DNA of 64,000 nucleotides from Macrostomum hystrix (taxonomy: Eukaryota > Animalia > Platyhelminthes), in NCBI GenBank assembly GCA_950097015.1, contig CATNEN010000041.1, positions 3,038,001 through 3,102,000 on the forward strand, given 5' to 3'. Below are positions 39,081-50,300 of the stretch, piece by piece. A program made the translations under genes and the position numbers. Numbering within the stretch: the first letter of the stretch is position 1; each line of letters begins with the position of its first letter. The notes under the pieces were generated by a model. That model did not search any database. It had not been told where the DNA came from and saw only the letters and a list, made by a program, of their open reading frames with translations.

Positions 39081-39974
39081 AGATGCGATCGCTGGTTGAA
39101 ATTGGACCCTAGACACAAACAGGCACCTGAGATCGTGGTAGAGTTTTATTTTCTGTGCAAATCTTCTTTCTTTCGGCTTGCAGTTTGTGATTCAACCAGA
39201 GCAGAGCAGAGCTAGCTATTTTTATCAAATAAATTTTAGCCCCAGCTATTTTTGCCTTCATTTTTCTCTCACCGATTTCGGCCGGTCTTTCAGAAGAAAC
39301 AGGATGCTCTGTTGCTAGCCGCCCCCAGCGCATGAGTCTGCTGTCATATCATGAAGATTATTTTGTTTTCCGTTTGCGCCAGCGGCAAGTGTTTGTGCGA
39401 GTCGAGAGGCCCTGGTTGAATGCACGGTTCTGATTCTCAGCGACCCGCAATACCCTGTTAGATTTTTCATGTTTTATCTTTAGTAAATCAGCAGTTATCT
39501 CCCACATATATATTTTCGCTCCTGTGATTGTAGCCACTTATTTATTTTTTTGCTATTGTTAAAGCTCCCTGCCGCTGCAGCTTCGCCGCATGCTTTGTGA
39601 GGCCTGACGTGATTTTTCTGTCATTGCACAGAATAATTTGAGATTATACACGCATCAAGAGTTCCTTTGATTGTAGCGCTATTTTTGTCTTTGTTAACTG
39701 TGTATTCTGTTAGTCTTTGTTCCCGGCTCGATTTTGTCGCGTCTCAAGAGCCGTTGCTTCCGCCAGTCCCAGGCGGAGCCCCGTTTTAGCTAATGATTAA
39801 ATAAACCCTGCGGAAAGCGGACTCGTTGCTCTCTAAAATGAGAGTTTTATCCCCATCCCGGACTACGTATTCGCGTCCCGGCTGCCGCCACTGATTTGTC
39901 CTTGCAAGCTCGCCTGTTGCTCTTTTGCTTGATTGCTTGTCTCGCTTTCTAACGAGCTGCAGAATTCGCTCCGA

Positions 39975-40865
39975 ATGGGCTCGGGCAGGCAGTGCAGCTC
40001 TGGGAATGGGTTCGGGTAGGCAGTGCAGCTCTGGGAATGGGTTCGGGTAGGCAGTGCAGCTCTGGGAATGGGTTCGGGCAGGCAGTGCAGCTCTGGGAAT
40101 GGGTTCGGGTAGGCAGTTCAGCTCTGGGAATGGGTTCGGGTAGGCAGTGCAGCTCTGGGAATGGGTTCGGGTAGGCAGTGCAGCTCTGGGAATGGGTTCG
40201 GGCAGGCAGTGCAGCTCTGGGAATGGGTTCGGGCAGGCAGTGCAGCTCTGGGAATGGGTTCGGGTAGGCAGTGCAGCTCTGGGAATGGGTTCGGGTAGGC
40301 AGTGCAGCTCTGGGAATGGGTTCGGGTAGGCAGTGCAGCTCTGGCAATGGGTTCGGGTAGGCAGTGCAGCTCTGGGAATGGGTTCGGGCAGGCAGTGCAG
40401 CTCTGGGAATGGGTTCGGGTAGGCAGTGCAGCTCTGGGAATGGGTTCGGGCAGGCAGTGCAGCTCTGGGAATGGGTTCGGGTAGGCAGTGCAGCTCTGGG
40501 AATGGGTTCGGGTAGGCAGTGCAGCTCTGGGAATGGGTTCGGGTAGGCAGTGCAGCTCTGGGAATGGGTTCGGGTAGGCAGTGCAGCTGCATGGATCTGC
40601 AGCTCTGGGAATGAGTTCGGGCAGGCGGTGCAGCTGCATGGATCTGCAGCTCTGGGAATGAGTTCGGGCAGGCGGTGCAGCTGCATGGATCTGCAGCTCT
40701 GGGAATGGGTTCGGGCAGGCGGTGCAGCTGCATGGATCTGCAGCTCTGGGAATGGGTTCGGGCAGGCAGTGCAGCTGCATGGATCTGCAGCTCTGGGAAT
40801 GGGTTCGGGCAGGCAGTGCAGCTGTATGGATCTGCAGCTCTGAGAATGAGTTCGGGCAGGCAGTC
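39975..40865. repeat. 31-bp minisatellite grading into a longer variant unit
   Basis: Unit gcagtgcagctctgggaatgggttcgggtag; later units carry an extra gcatggatctgcagct. Confidence 0.95.
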
Positions 40866-41894
40866 CTGGCCTCTGTACTTCTAATTCGCAGTTTTCGGAT
40901 TCCAATAAACCGGATTCGATCTTAGTAGGGTTTTAAAATGCGTTTTCGCAAATGATTGCATGGTGCGTATGTTATTGGAAGCAATAAAAGCGAGTGGAAA
41001 ACAAGTCAAACAAAAGCAAAGCTAATTGCGTACAGGCTGTTTTCAGAGCCTTAGCGAGGTAAACAACGGAAGCCAAGCTGCACCTCCATGCCTGTCCGCA
41101 GCTCTTGCTCGATTGGCTCCCGTCGACCTTCTGCAGTTCACTTTGCTGCTTCTCCGGAGATTTGTGGGAAGCTGCCAGTTCTGCTTGTGTAGTTTGAGGT
41201 TGCCAGTCAATCTGACTTCCTTCGAGCTGAGACAAACAGCTGCGAGCAGCTCCCGCATTCCAGTTCCAAATGTGTGGCAAAGCTGAGATTTGCAAGAACG
41301 CATTGATTATGTGAACGGGGCAGCCGAGATCTGCGGTCAGGGGCGCTGGTGCCGCGGTCACAGCTGATCAATTATGCGCCAGTCATGCGTGGCACCTCAA
41401 GGGCGGATTCGACTAGAATTTGTTTTGCGCTCTGCTTGATGCATAAAAGTCAAGTGGCAGAAGTTAACGGTCGATCCGCGCCTACTCCGCTGCATTGCCT
41501 AGTGACTGGTAAGTCTGCTGGAAATCTCACTCCCCTACAGGTGGTCGAACTGAGAACAGGAATCAGCTACTGCTCTTCTTAAATCCCAGAAACGAGTCTC
41601 CTGCTCCCAAAAGAATCATGCAATGTACTCTGCCAGGTGTTAGGCCGCACATCTGGGACTGTACGGACAAATTCTGCGCCGCTCCAGGCAGAAGGCAGCG
41701 GTCCATATGGAGTCGCCAAGCGCACAGCAAGAGGCGGTGGCGATTCGAGATGCTCTCAAACCTTCTGGAATGGAGACATCAATGGTCATTTCAGCCGTTT
41801 GGTCCGTTTTTCTTTTTAGTGCGAAGAGTCAAACAAACCATTTCAGAGCCATCGCGAGCCGCTACAAATCCATGCCCCCGTGCCGCTCATCAGC

Positions 41895-44800
41895 ATGTCT
41901 TACCGGCCAGCCTACTTCCTAGTCCCGTCCTTGGACCAGTCCCAACAACTGCACCAGCAGCTTCACTCCGGTGTCTCTGGTGAGTTGGTCGACTCAAACT
42001 TTGATTTTTGCTGCATTCTGGAACTGGCGTGGGAAGAGATTGCAGTGACTTTCTCGTACTCAAGGGAAAGTCACAAACCAAAAGCAGGGCCAGGGGTAAT
42101 GCACAAGTAGTCATTTTCCAGGAGGTGAGACAACGCTGTCGCGACTTTCATGCCTCTTCTCTCATTCCCATGCACTCTCGCTAGTTTTTTTTAAAGAATT
42201 TTTATTGCCAGTTCTCAGCTCGCTCCAATTATGTCTGGCTCTCTACCTCTACCTTTGATCTCTTTCCGCCGCCTTCTGATTGGTCCGCCTCTCACCCTCC
42301 AGCCTCTTTCTCTTACCCCCGTCGCAATTTATTAGTTCTGTTAATTTCTGGACAACCGCAAAGCTCAATCCAAGAGCCACTGCACTGCATTTCGCACTGC
42401 AGACCCCGCAGAGTATGTTCGCGGCCTGCTGCAGCAGCAGGCGTGCTGCCAGACGGTTGTGAGGCCATTGTTCTGCCAGCTCAGCCAGTTGGAGCACTTC
42501 CCTGCCAGCGACGGCCTTGGCAGCGTGCAGGTTTGGCGCGAGAAGTTCCGCTGGGTGAAGTACGAGGAAGAGCTGGAGGCCATCGGCAACAGGTGGAGCG
42601 CGCCCTACGTGCCGGTCATGTCGCCGTTCACCTTGCTGGAAGCCCGGAGACTTCTGGACAGCGGAGTGGCCGTCCTGCATCCAGTTCAGGCGAAGGTGAA
42701 GGAGGAGAGCGAAGGAAAGGACAGCCACAGTGACTGCGAGAGCTCCGGGCGGGATCTGAAGGGCGTCAGCGACGACATGAAGACGTGGCTGACTGGCTCC
42801 CTCGGCCTGGACGGCAACTCGACCTCTGAAATCCAAAGATTGCTGCTGGTGCCGCACATTAACGCAGTGCAAAAGAAGCTGCAGAGTGAGTATCGAGCTT
42901 CTGCTGCTCTGCTGAGTCTGAGTGTTGAGTCTGTTGTAGCGAATTTGCTGAGCAGCTCCGAACGAAGAGTTTGCTGTCCCATCAATGCGCACTCCATGCA
43001 CGCTGAAGAAACGCTGAATGACTCTCCTTCGCAGGTGATAACAACCAAGAAAACGCTGAGAAGCGCAAGATGAACAGAAGGTACCGCAAGAAGGTGCACA
43101 AGGATGCTGAGGGCTGTGCCGTCCTGGTTGGCTCGCTGCCAATTCTTCGGACTCGAATTCTGCTGTTCGTCCGTCTCGACCAGCCGTTGCAGGACCCGCT
43201 CCTGGAGATTCGCGTTCCCGTGAGGTTCATCTGCCTGTTGCTGGGACCGTCCCACAGTGCGATGGAGGACCTCATTCCCGTTGGCAAAGCCATTGCAACC
43301 CTCATGACTGACGAGATATTTCACAAGATCGCCTATCTCACTGAGGACAAGGTGAGCGACTGCAGTGTCTGAGTGCTTGCTTCTTGTCAATCAGTGGCTC
43401 TTTTTATCAGCTCGCCTCGGGGATCTGATAAAAATGCACGGCTCCCCTCCAGGCCTCGCTGATAGCCGGCGTCGATGAGTTCCTGCAGTCGTCCTCCGTC
43501 CTGCCCCCCATCGGCTGCTCCCCCACCGACCGGATCCCGCCGCCCGAGAAGGCGCCCAAGACCGACAAGCGCCATCCGCTGGACAAGCCGGCGCCGGAGC
43601 CGCACGAGGAGACGGAAGGGCTTCACAGAACCGGCCGCTTGTTCGGCGGTCTCGTGCAGGACTTGAAGCGGAAATTGCCCTGGTGAGTCTGCTTCAACCC
43701 TTCAGCACAATCACTCCGCCACTGAGCATACCTGGTTTATGCCACCGAGTCTGCTTCAACCCTTCAGCACAATCACTGAGCATGCCTGGTTTATGCCACC
43801 TGCAGGTACAAGAGCGACTTTGTGGACGCGCTGCACCCGCAAACCCTGGGATCCTTCTTCTTCATCTACTTCGCCTGCATCGCCCCCATCATCACCTTCG
43901 GCGGCATGATGAGCGGGGAGACGCACGGCTACATGGGCGCCATGGAGTGCATCCTGTCCGGCATGGTCAGCGGAGTCATCTTCGCCCTGTTCAGCGGCCA
44001 GCCGCTCATCATTGTCGGAGCCACTGGGCCGGTGAGGCCGTTTTAACGCCACTGTCTGATCCGCCACTGGCAGCGCATTTTGCCCATTCCACTGACTCCT
44101 GAGCACACACTCTCACAGGTGTGTACATCTGCCCTGAGTTTCTCATCGTCAGGCAGCTTACACTTTCGCTGGAGGTTGGCCCTCAAGGGCGCGAATTTCT
44201 CGACAAGCCCCCAAGCATTCTCTCCGCGGCTGCGACCAAAATTAATGCGGCCTCGCCGCGAAATCGAGCTCAGGGACCTCGTTGGGAAGGCGGGCATTGT
44301 TTGACGCGCGGTGCTATGGGCCTTGGCCCGCGCTCGCCCGAAGAAGATGAAGCTGGGGGACCTTGTTGAGAGAGGCAACGCGTTAGACCACTTTGCCACT
44401 CACCCCCTAGCTCAGCAGATGCCCAGGTCTGACTGTCTGACCCCCTACTAGCGGCGCTAGCGTCAGCGTTTGGTGAGCTTAGGTATAGCTCGCGCTCAGC
44501 AGAAACACCGAAGCGCAGGATGGCAGAGCACAAACACTGCTCTCTGGCAAGCTCGCACTTGCTGTGATTACATAACTTGCATTCGCAGGTCCTGGTTTTT
44601 GAGTCCATTGTGTTCGGAATGTGCGAGAGGCTACAGTGGGAGTACATGCCCTTCCGTTGGTGGATTGGCATGTGGTCGTCAGCCCTTCTGCTTCTATGCG
44701 TGGCCTTCGACCTCAGCTTCCTCGTGAAGTACATCACCAGGTTCACGGAGGAGAGCTTCGCTTTGCTGATCGCCGTCATCTTTATCTACGAGTCGTTCTC

Positions 44801-46938
44801 CAAGCTGTTCAAGATCAGCGTTCACTACCCGGTGAACCGCAGGTGGCACCCGAAGTTCGAATTCGGCTCGAACTGCAGCTGCGTGCTGCGGCCGAACTCC
44901 TCGCTGGAATCCGTGCCACCCAAGATGGCTCTGGAACTGCCGACCTACCAGCTGGGGAACATGACGGTGGCCAACTTCAGCGCCATGGACTACTACTCCT
45001 GGGACAGGGACAAGTACCTGGCCGCGTGTCCGGCCCTCGGCGGCCGCTGGGTCGGTCCTGGCTGCGGCCAGTTCAACGTTCCGGATGTGTTCTTTTTCTC
45101 CTGCCTGCTGATGATTGCCACCTTCGCCATCAGCTACAAGCTGAAGCGAGCCAACTCTTCCAGCCTGTTTCCCAGCCTCGTGCGGAGGCTGCTGTCCGAC
45201 TTCGCCGTCATGATTGCAGTCTGCACGGTCACCTTGGTGGACTTCCTCATGGGTGAGTGGCGAGTGACTGCCCTCAAAACTCAGGCGAACCCGCACCCCA
45301 TTCCATGACTGCAGGCTTGCAAACTCCCAAGCTGCAGATCCTCAAAACTCTGGCGAACCCGCACCCCATTCCATGACTGCAGGCTTGCAAACTCCCAAGC
45401 TGCAGATCCTCAAAACTCAGGCAAACCCGCACCCCATTCCATGACTGCAGGCTTGCAAACTCCCAAGCTGCAGATCCCCAGCAGATTCGAGCCCACACTG
45501 GGCTACAAGTACCGCAGCTGGCTCCAATCGCCGTTCGGCTCCAACCCGTGGTACACATCGCTCATTGCTCTTGGCGGGGCTGTTCCGATCACCATCCTGC
45601 TGTTCCTGGACCAGCAGATCACCGCCGTGATTGTCAACCGGAAGGAGAACATGACGAAGAAGGGCTGCGGCTACCATCTGGATCTCCTGGTGGTTGCGGT
45701 TTCGGTGGCCATCAATTCCGCCCTGGGGCTGCCCTGGTTCGTCGCGGCCACCGTGCGATCCATCAACCACGTGCTGAGCTTGAGGCGAGAAAGCGAGTGC
45801 ACGGCGCCCGGAGACCGGCCGGTGATTCTGGGCTGCCGCGAGAACCGAGTCACCGGCCTGCTTGTGCACCTGTGCATCGGTTTCTCAGTTTTCCTGTCCC
45901 CTGTGCTGCTCCACATCCCCATGCCAGTTCTGTACGGAGTCTTTCTGTTCATGGGAGTCTCCTCTCTGGATGGCATTCAGCTCTGGCACCGGCTGCTGCT
46001 TTTCCTGCAGCCAAGGAATAAGCAGCCTGATGTGCACTACCTCAGGTGAGCTGTCTCATGCACTGACACACTGATGTGCACTACCTCAGGTGAGCTGTCT
46101 CATGCACTGACACACTGATGTGCACTACCTCAGGTGAGCTGTCTCATGCACTGACACACTGATGTGCACTACCTCAGGTGAGCTGTCTCATGCACTGACA
46201 CACTGATGTGCACTACCTCAGGTGAGCTGTCTCATGCACTGACACACTGATGTGCACTACCTCAGGTGAGCTGTCTCATGCACTGACACACTGATGTGCA
46301 CTACCTCAGGTGAGCTGTCTCATACACTGACACACTGATGTGCACTACCTCAGGTGAGCTGTCTCATGCACTGACACATTGCTGATGAACCTGAATGACT
46401 CCGACTGTCCTCGCCGCCCGCAGGGAGGTGAAGCTGAGCCGAATCCACCTGTTCACCGCCATCCAGCTGTTCTTCTTTGCCCTCATGTGGGCTGTGAAGG
46501 GCATCTCTGCCATCAGCGTGGGCTTCCCCCTGACCGTGCTGTCTCTGTGCTTCGCCCGGAAGCTGATGGACTTCTTGTTCACTAGGGACGAGCTTCGGCT
46601 GCTTGACGACCTGTGGCCGGAGCAGCGGGTGGAGGAGACCATCCGTGTGCGGCGCCGCAGCCGGGCCTCCACAGTGAGGAGCCTCACGGGGCTCAACGAA
46701 GACGAAAAGGTGTGAGCGGAAGCTGGAAACTGAGCAGGTGTTTCCTGATTGATTTTCTCCTATGCAAACCGCGGCAATTGCCGCATCTTATGCACTGTAG
46801 GCATGGTCTGGCACCGTGAGCCGCATGTGTGTTCGCTGTCTTCCATGTTGCCGCACCTTATGCACTGTAGGCATGGTCTGACACCGTGAGCCGCATGTGT
46901 GTTCGCTGACTTCCATGCAGAGCCTGCCCAGCGCTTAA
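41895..46938 (+). CDS. SLC4 bicarbonate transporter (Na+-coupled NDCBE/NBC-like). Exons 41895-41979, 42412-42885, 43035-43351, 43453-43682, 43806-44031, 44589-45252, 45451-46045, 46424-46709, 46921-46938.
   Basis: WREKFRWVKYEE..RWSAPYV, LFGGLVQDLKRKLPW|YKSDFVDAL, PIITFGG, FSGQPL, YITRFTEESF, FLDQQITAVIVNRKE, MPVLYGVFLFMGVSSL. The last exon is tentative (alternative stop at 46713-46715). Confidence 0.93.
43685..43800. repeat. Duplication of essentially the whole interior of an SLC4 intron (62 + 54 nt)
   Basis: gagtctgcttcaacccttcagcacaatcact..gagcat.cctggtttatgccacc occurs twice between GT (43683) and tgcag (43805). Confidence 0.9.
45273..45476. repeat. 68-bp unit x3 spanning an SLC4 acceptor and exon start
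   Basis: ctcaaaactc.ggc.aacccgcaccccattccatgactgcag|GCTTGCAAACTCCCAAGCTGCAGATC starts at 45273, 45341 and 45409. Confidence 0.93.
46027..46378. repeat. 44-bp unit x8 spanning an SLC4 exon end and donor
   Basis: CTGATGTGCACTACCTCAG|gtgagctgtctcatgcactgacaca. Confidence 0.95.
46778..46917. repeat. 70-bp direct duplication ending immediately before cag acceptor
   Basis: ttgccgca.cttatgcactgtaggcatgg...ttccatg occurs twice, followed by cag (46918-46920). Confidence 0.88.
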
Positions 46939-47176
46939 AAGTACAATTTTACATATTTTCATTCGCTGTTGATCACCGTTATCACCGTTAAGTGCGCGCC
47001 CCTGCTAACTATTAGTACATCACCGATGATTAGAAAGTAACCCTTCGCATCACCTGTTGGATGCCTCCCTCATAGTCAGCATGTTTAACAATTCAAAATA
47101 AAATATTAATGATCGTCGCATCACTTCTCGCTCTTTGTATTTTGACAAGAGATTAATTACTTCCGTGTGCTAATCG

Positions 47177-47218
47177 AAAGACCGGCAGACAGACAGACAG
47201 ACAGACAGGCAGACAGGC

Positions 47219-47259
<41 letters not shown>
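47177..47259. repeat. (GACA)n microsatellite
   Basis: Visible tetranucleotide run. Confidence 0.95.
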
Positions 47260-47384
47260 GTATTACACATATAGCGGTCTGGGTGGGCAATGTACATGCA
47301 GTTCTTGGATAGCGCATAGCATAGAATTCCGAGGCAAAGAATTGCTCATTCAGGAAAGTGGCAGCCCCATCTGGCAGTTCGTAC

Positions 47385-50300
47385 TCAGGCCAGGGCGCCG
47401 ATGAGCTGTTTCTCATTGTCCCGCAGCCAGCGGATGTTGGCCCTGATGATGCCCAGAGTGTTCTGGCGGGCGTTCTCGCCAGCCCCGGCCTCCGTGCTGC
47501 TGATGAAGGCCTCGTACTGAATGGGACAGGGCGGTGACAATGGATTGTATCCCAGAACAATGTGATCAGCTTTCTAGTTAATTCTCATTAGTCTGAAATT
47601 CTGGATGTGAAACTGGCCCTACAAGCATCGGCTCACCTCAACCAGGTGAAACTCATCGTTGAACTGGCGAGCAAAGCTGGGAATCATGGCACCCAGCCTG
47701 CGGTCCTCGGGGCCGAACCTGCGGGCCAGCGAACAGCGAGTTTGGGACTCTCTGGCCCTAGGCTCGACAGGATCAGCTCAATAAATCAGCTGCTCTAACT
47801 TGTGCTCAGTCTGTAACTCATACAAGGCCGCGTTGTCTTCCTGCAATATCCCATCGAATCTCATCCCGAATATCCAATCTCATCTCGAATCTCCAATCTC
47901 ATCCTGCATCTCTAATCTCATCCTGCATCTCCAATCTCATCCTTGATCTCTAATCTCATCCCGCATCTCCAATCTCATTCTGCATCCCCAATCCCAAAGC
48001 CTTTGCCAGCAGGGGCTCACTCCTTAAGCAGGGAGTTCCAGTGCCGGCGGCACCAGTTCCAGAGGGTCTCCAGCGCATTCGGGTTGGCGCCGATGTAGCC
48101 GATCAGTGTGACGAAGTCCTGGCCACGCACGAGCTCCCTGTCAAGCGAGAACTCCAGCAGCTGGCTGATGAGCCAGGTGTTGCGAGTCATGGCCAAAGCG
48201 CGCAGCAGGCGCTCTTTCTCAGTGGCCGAGTCGCTGGAGCGGTATTTCTGCCACAGGAAATCCCACGAGGCCTGACTGTCCGACTCCAGCAGGCCATAGG
48301 TGTACACCGTCTGCCGCAGCTCCGAGCTGATGCTGCGAAAGCCGATGCGGGATGGGGTTCATTCTCTCCTCCCATTGTCTCCTATCACCCAATCCCATTG
48401 TCTCCTATCACCCAGTCCCATTGTCTCCCATCACCCAGTCCCATTGTCTCCCATCACCCAATCCCATTGTCTCCCATCACCCAATCCCATTGTCTCCCAT
48501 CACCCAATCCCATTGTCTCCCATCACCCAATCCCATTGTCTCCCATCACCCAGTCCCATTGTCTCCCATCACCCAGTCCCATTATCTCCCATCACCCAGT
48601 CCCATTGTCTCCCATCACCCAGTCCCATTATCTCCCATCACCCAGTCCCATTATCTCCCATCACCCAGTCCCATTGTCTCCCATCACCCAATCCCATTGT
48701 CTCCCATCACCCAGTCCCATTGTCTCCCATCAACCAGTCCCATTGTCTCCCATCACCCAGTCCCATTGTCTCCCATCAACCAGTCCCATTGTCTCCCATC
48801 ACCCAGTCCCATTGTCCCTCTCACCTGGATACGTTGTTTTTCCAGTTTTCAAACTGCCGCTTGGCCTCGGCCAGGCAGTTCGGGTTGCCCAAGCTGCAGG
48901 CCAGGTTCAGCGCGATTGGCTGCAGCAGCCTGTGGGATTGGGGTTGGGGTTCGCTGTGGACTTTCATTCTGGCTGTCTCTTATTTTAGATTTATTTTCGT
49001 TCGTTGCTACGGTTGTTACTAAGGCTGTTTCAGTGTTTTCTTTAAGGCTGTTGCCATGCATATTACAAGACTGTGGATACCGTGTCACGGGTCTGAAAGT
49101 GAGCACTCACTTGTCCAGGTGGCTGCTCTTGATGCCCCAGCCCATCGAGGTGTACAGCGGGGCTGTGATGCCCCTGGCGAAGGACTGAAATGGAAGGGCT
49201 GGCGTGATACAGTCAGCAATGAGACACGGAGCTGCTAGCCATACAGCAGCAGGGCAGCTGGGCGGGCACTCACAGACCAGTTGCCGTACGATGGCCGGCG
49301 GGCGAGCTGTCGGGTGATCTCGGCCAGGCCAGAGTTGGCCGTGTACCACGGCAGGTAGTGCTTCTCCGACCTCAGGTAGGATATGAACTTCACCACTGTG
49401 TCGTAGCCCAGCTGGTTGCCATTGGCTACGGCAAACGCATCGCCAATTAGGCCGGCCCGATCTACCGGGTTGTAGGCCTGCGGTAGACGCAGTGGGGGGC
49501 GCTTTCACATGGGATGCAAGCTCATGTGGAGTTGAATGAAAGTGATGTTGAGAGAAGCTGAGGGAATATGACGCTGGAGGGATTTGAAGCTGGGGGAATG
49601 TGAAGCTGGGGGAATGTGAAGCTGGAGGGAATATGACGCTGGAGGGATTTGAAGCTGGGGGAATGTGAAGCTGGGGGAATGTGAAGCTGGAGGAATGTGA
49701 AGCTGGAGGAATGTGAAGCCTGAGGGAATGTGAGCTGGAGAATGGAGCTGGAGGAAGTGAAGCTGGAGAATGTGAAGCTGGGGGAATGTGAAGCTGGTGG
49801 ATGTGAAGCTGGAAGGATGTGAAGCTGGAGATGTGAGGCTGAGGGAATGTGAAGCTGGAGGGAATGTGAAGCTGGAGGAATGTGAAACTGGAGGAAGGTG
49901 AAGCTGGGTGGAATGTGAAAGCTGGGGAATGGGGGGGTCAGGCTGGGGGGAAGGTGAAGCTGGAGGAATGTGAAGCTGGAAGAAATGTGAAGCTGAGAGG
50001 ATGTGAGGCTGAGGGGAATGTGAAGCTGGATGAAATGTGAAGCTGGCCGGAATGTGAAGCTGGAGGAATGTGAAGCTGGGGGAATGTGAAGCTGGGGGAA
50101 TGTGAAGCTGGGGGAATGTCAAGCTGGGGGAATGTGAAGCTGGAGGAATGTGAAGCTGGAGGAATGTGAAGCTGAGAGGATGTGAGGCTGAGGGAATGTG
50201 AAGCTGGAGGAATGTGAAGCTGGCGGAATGTGAAGCTGGAGGAATGTGAAGCTGGGGGAATGTGAAGCTGGGGGAATGTCAAGCTGGGGGAATGTCAAGC

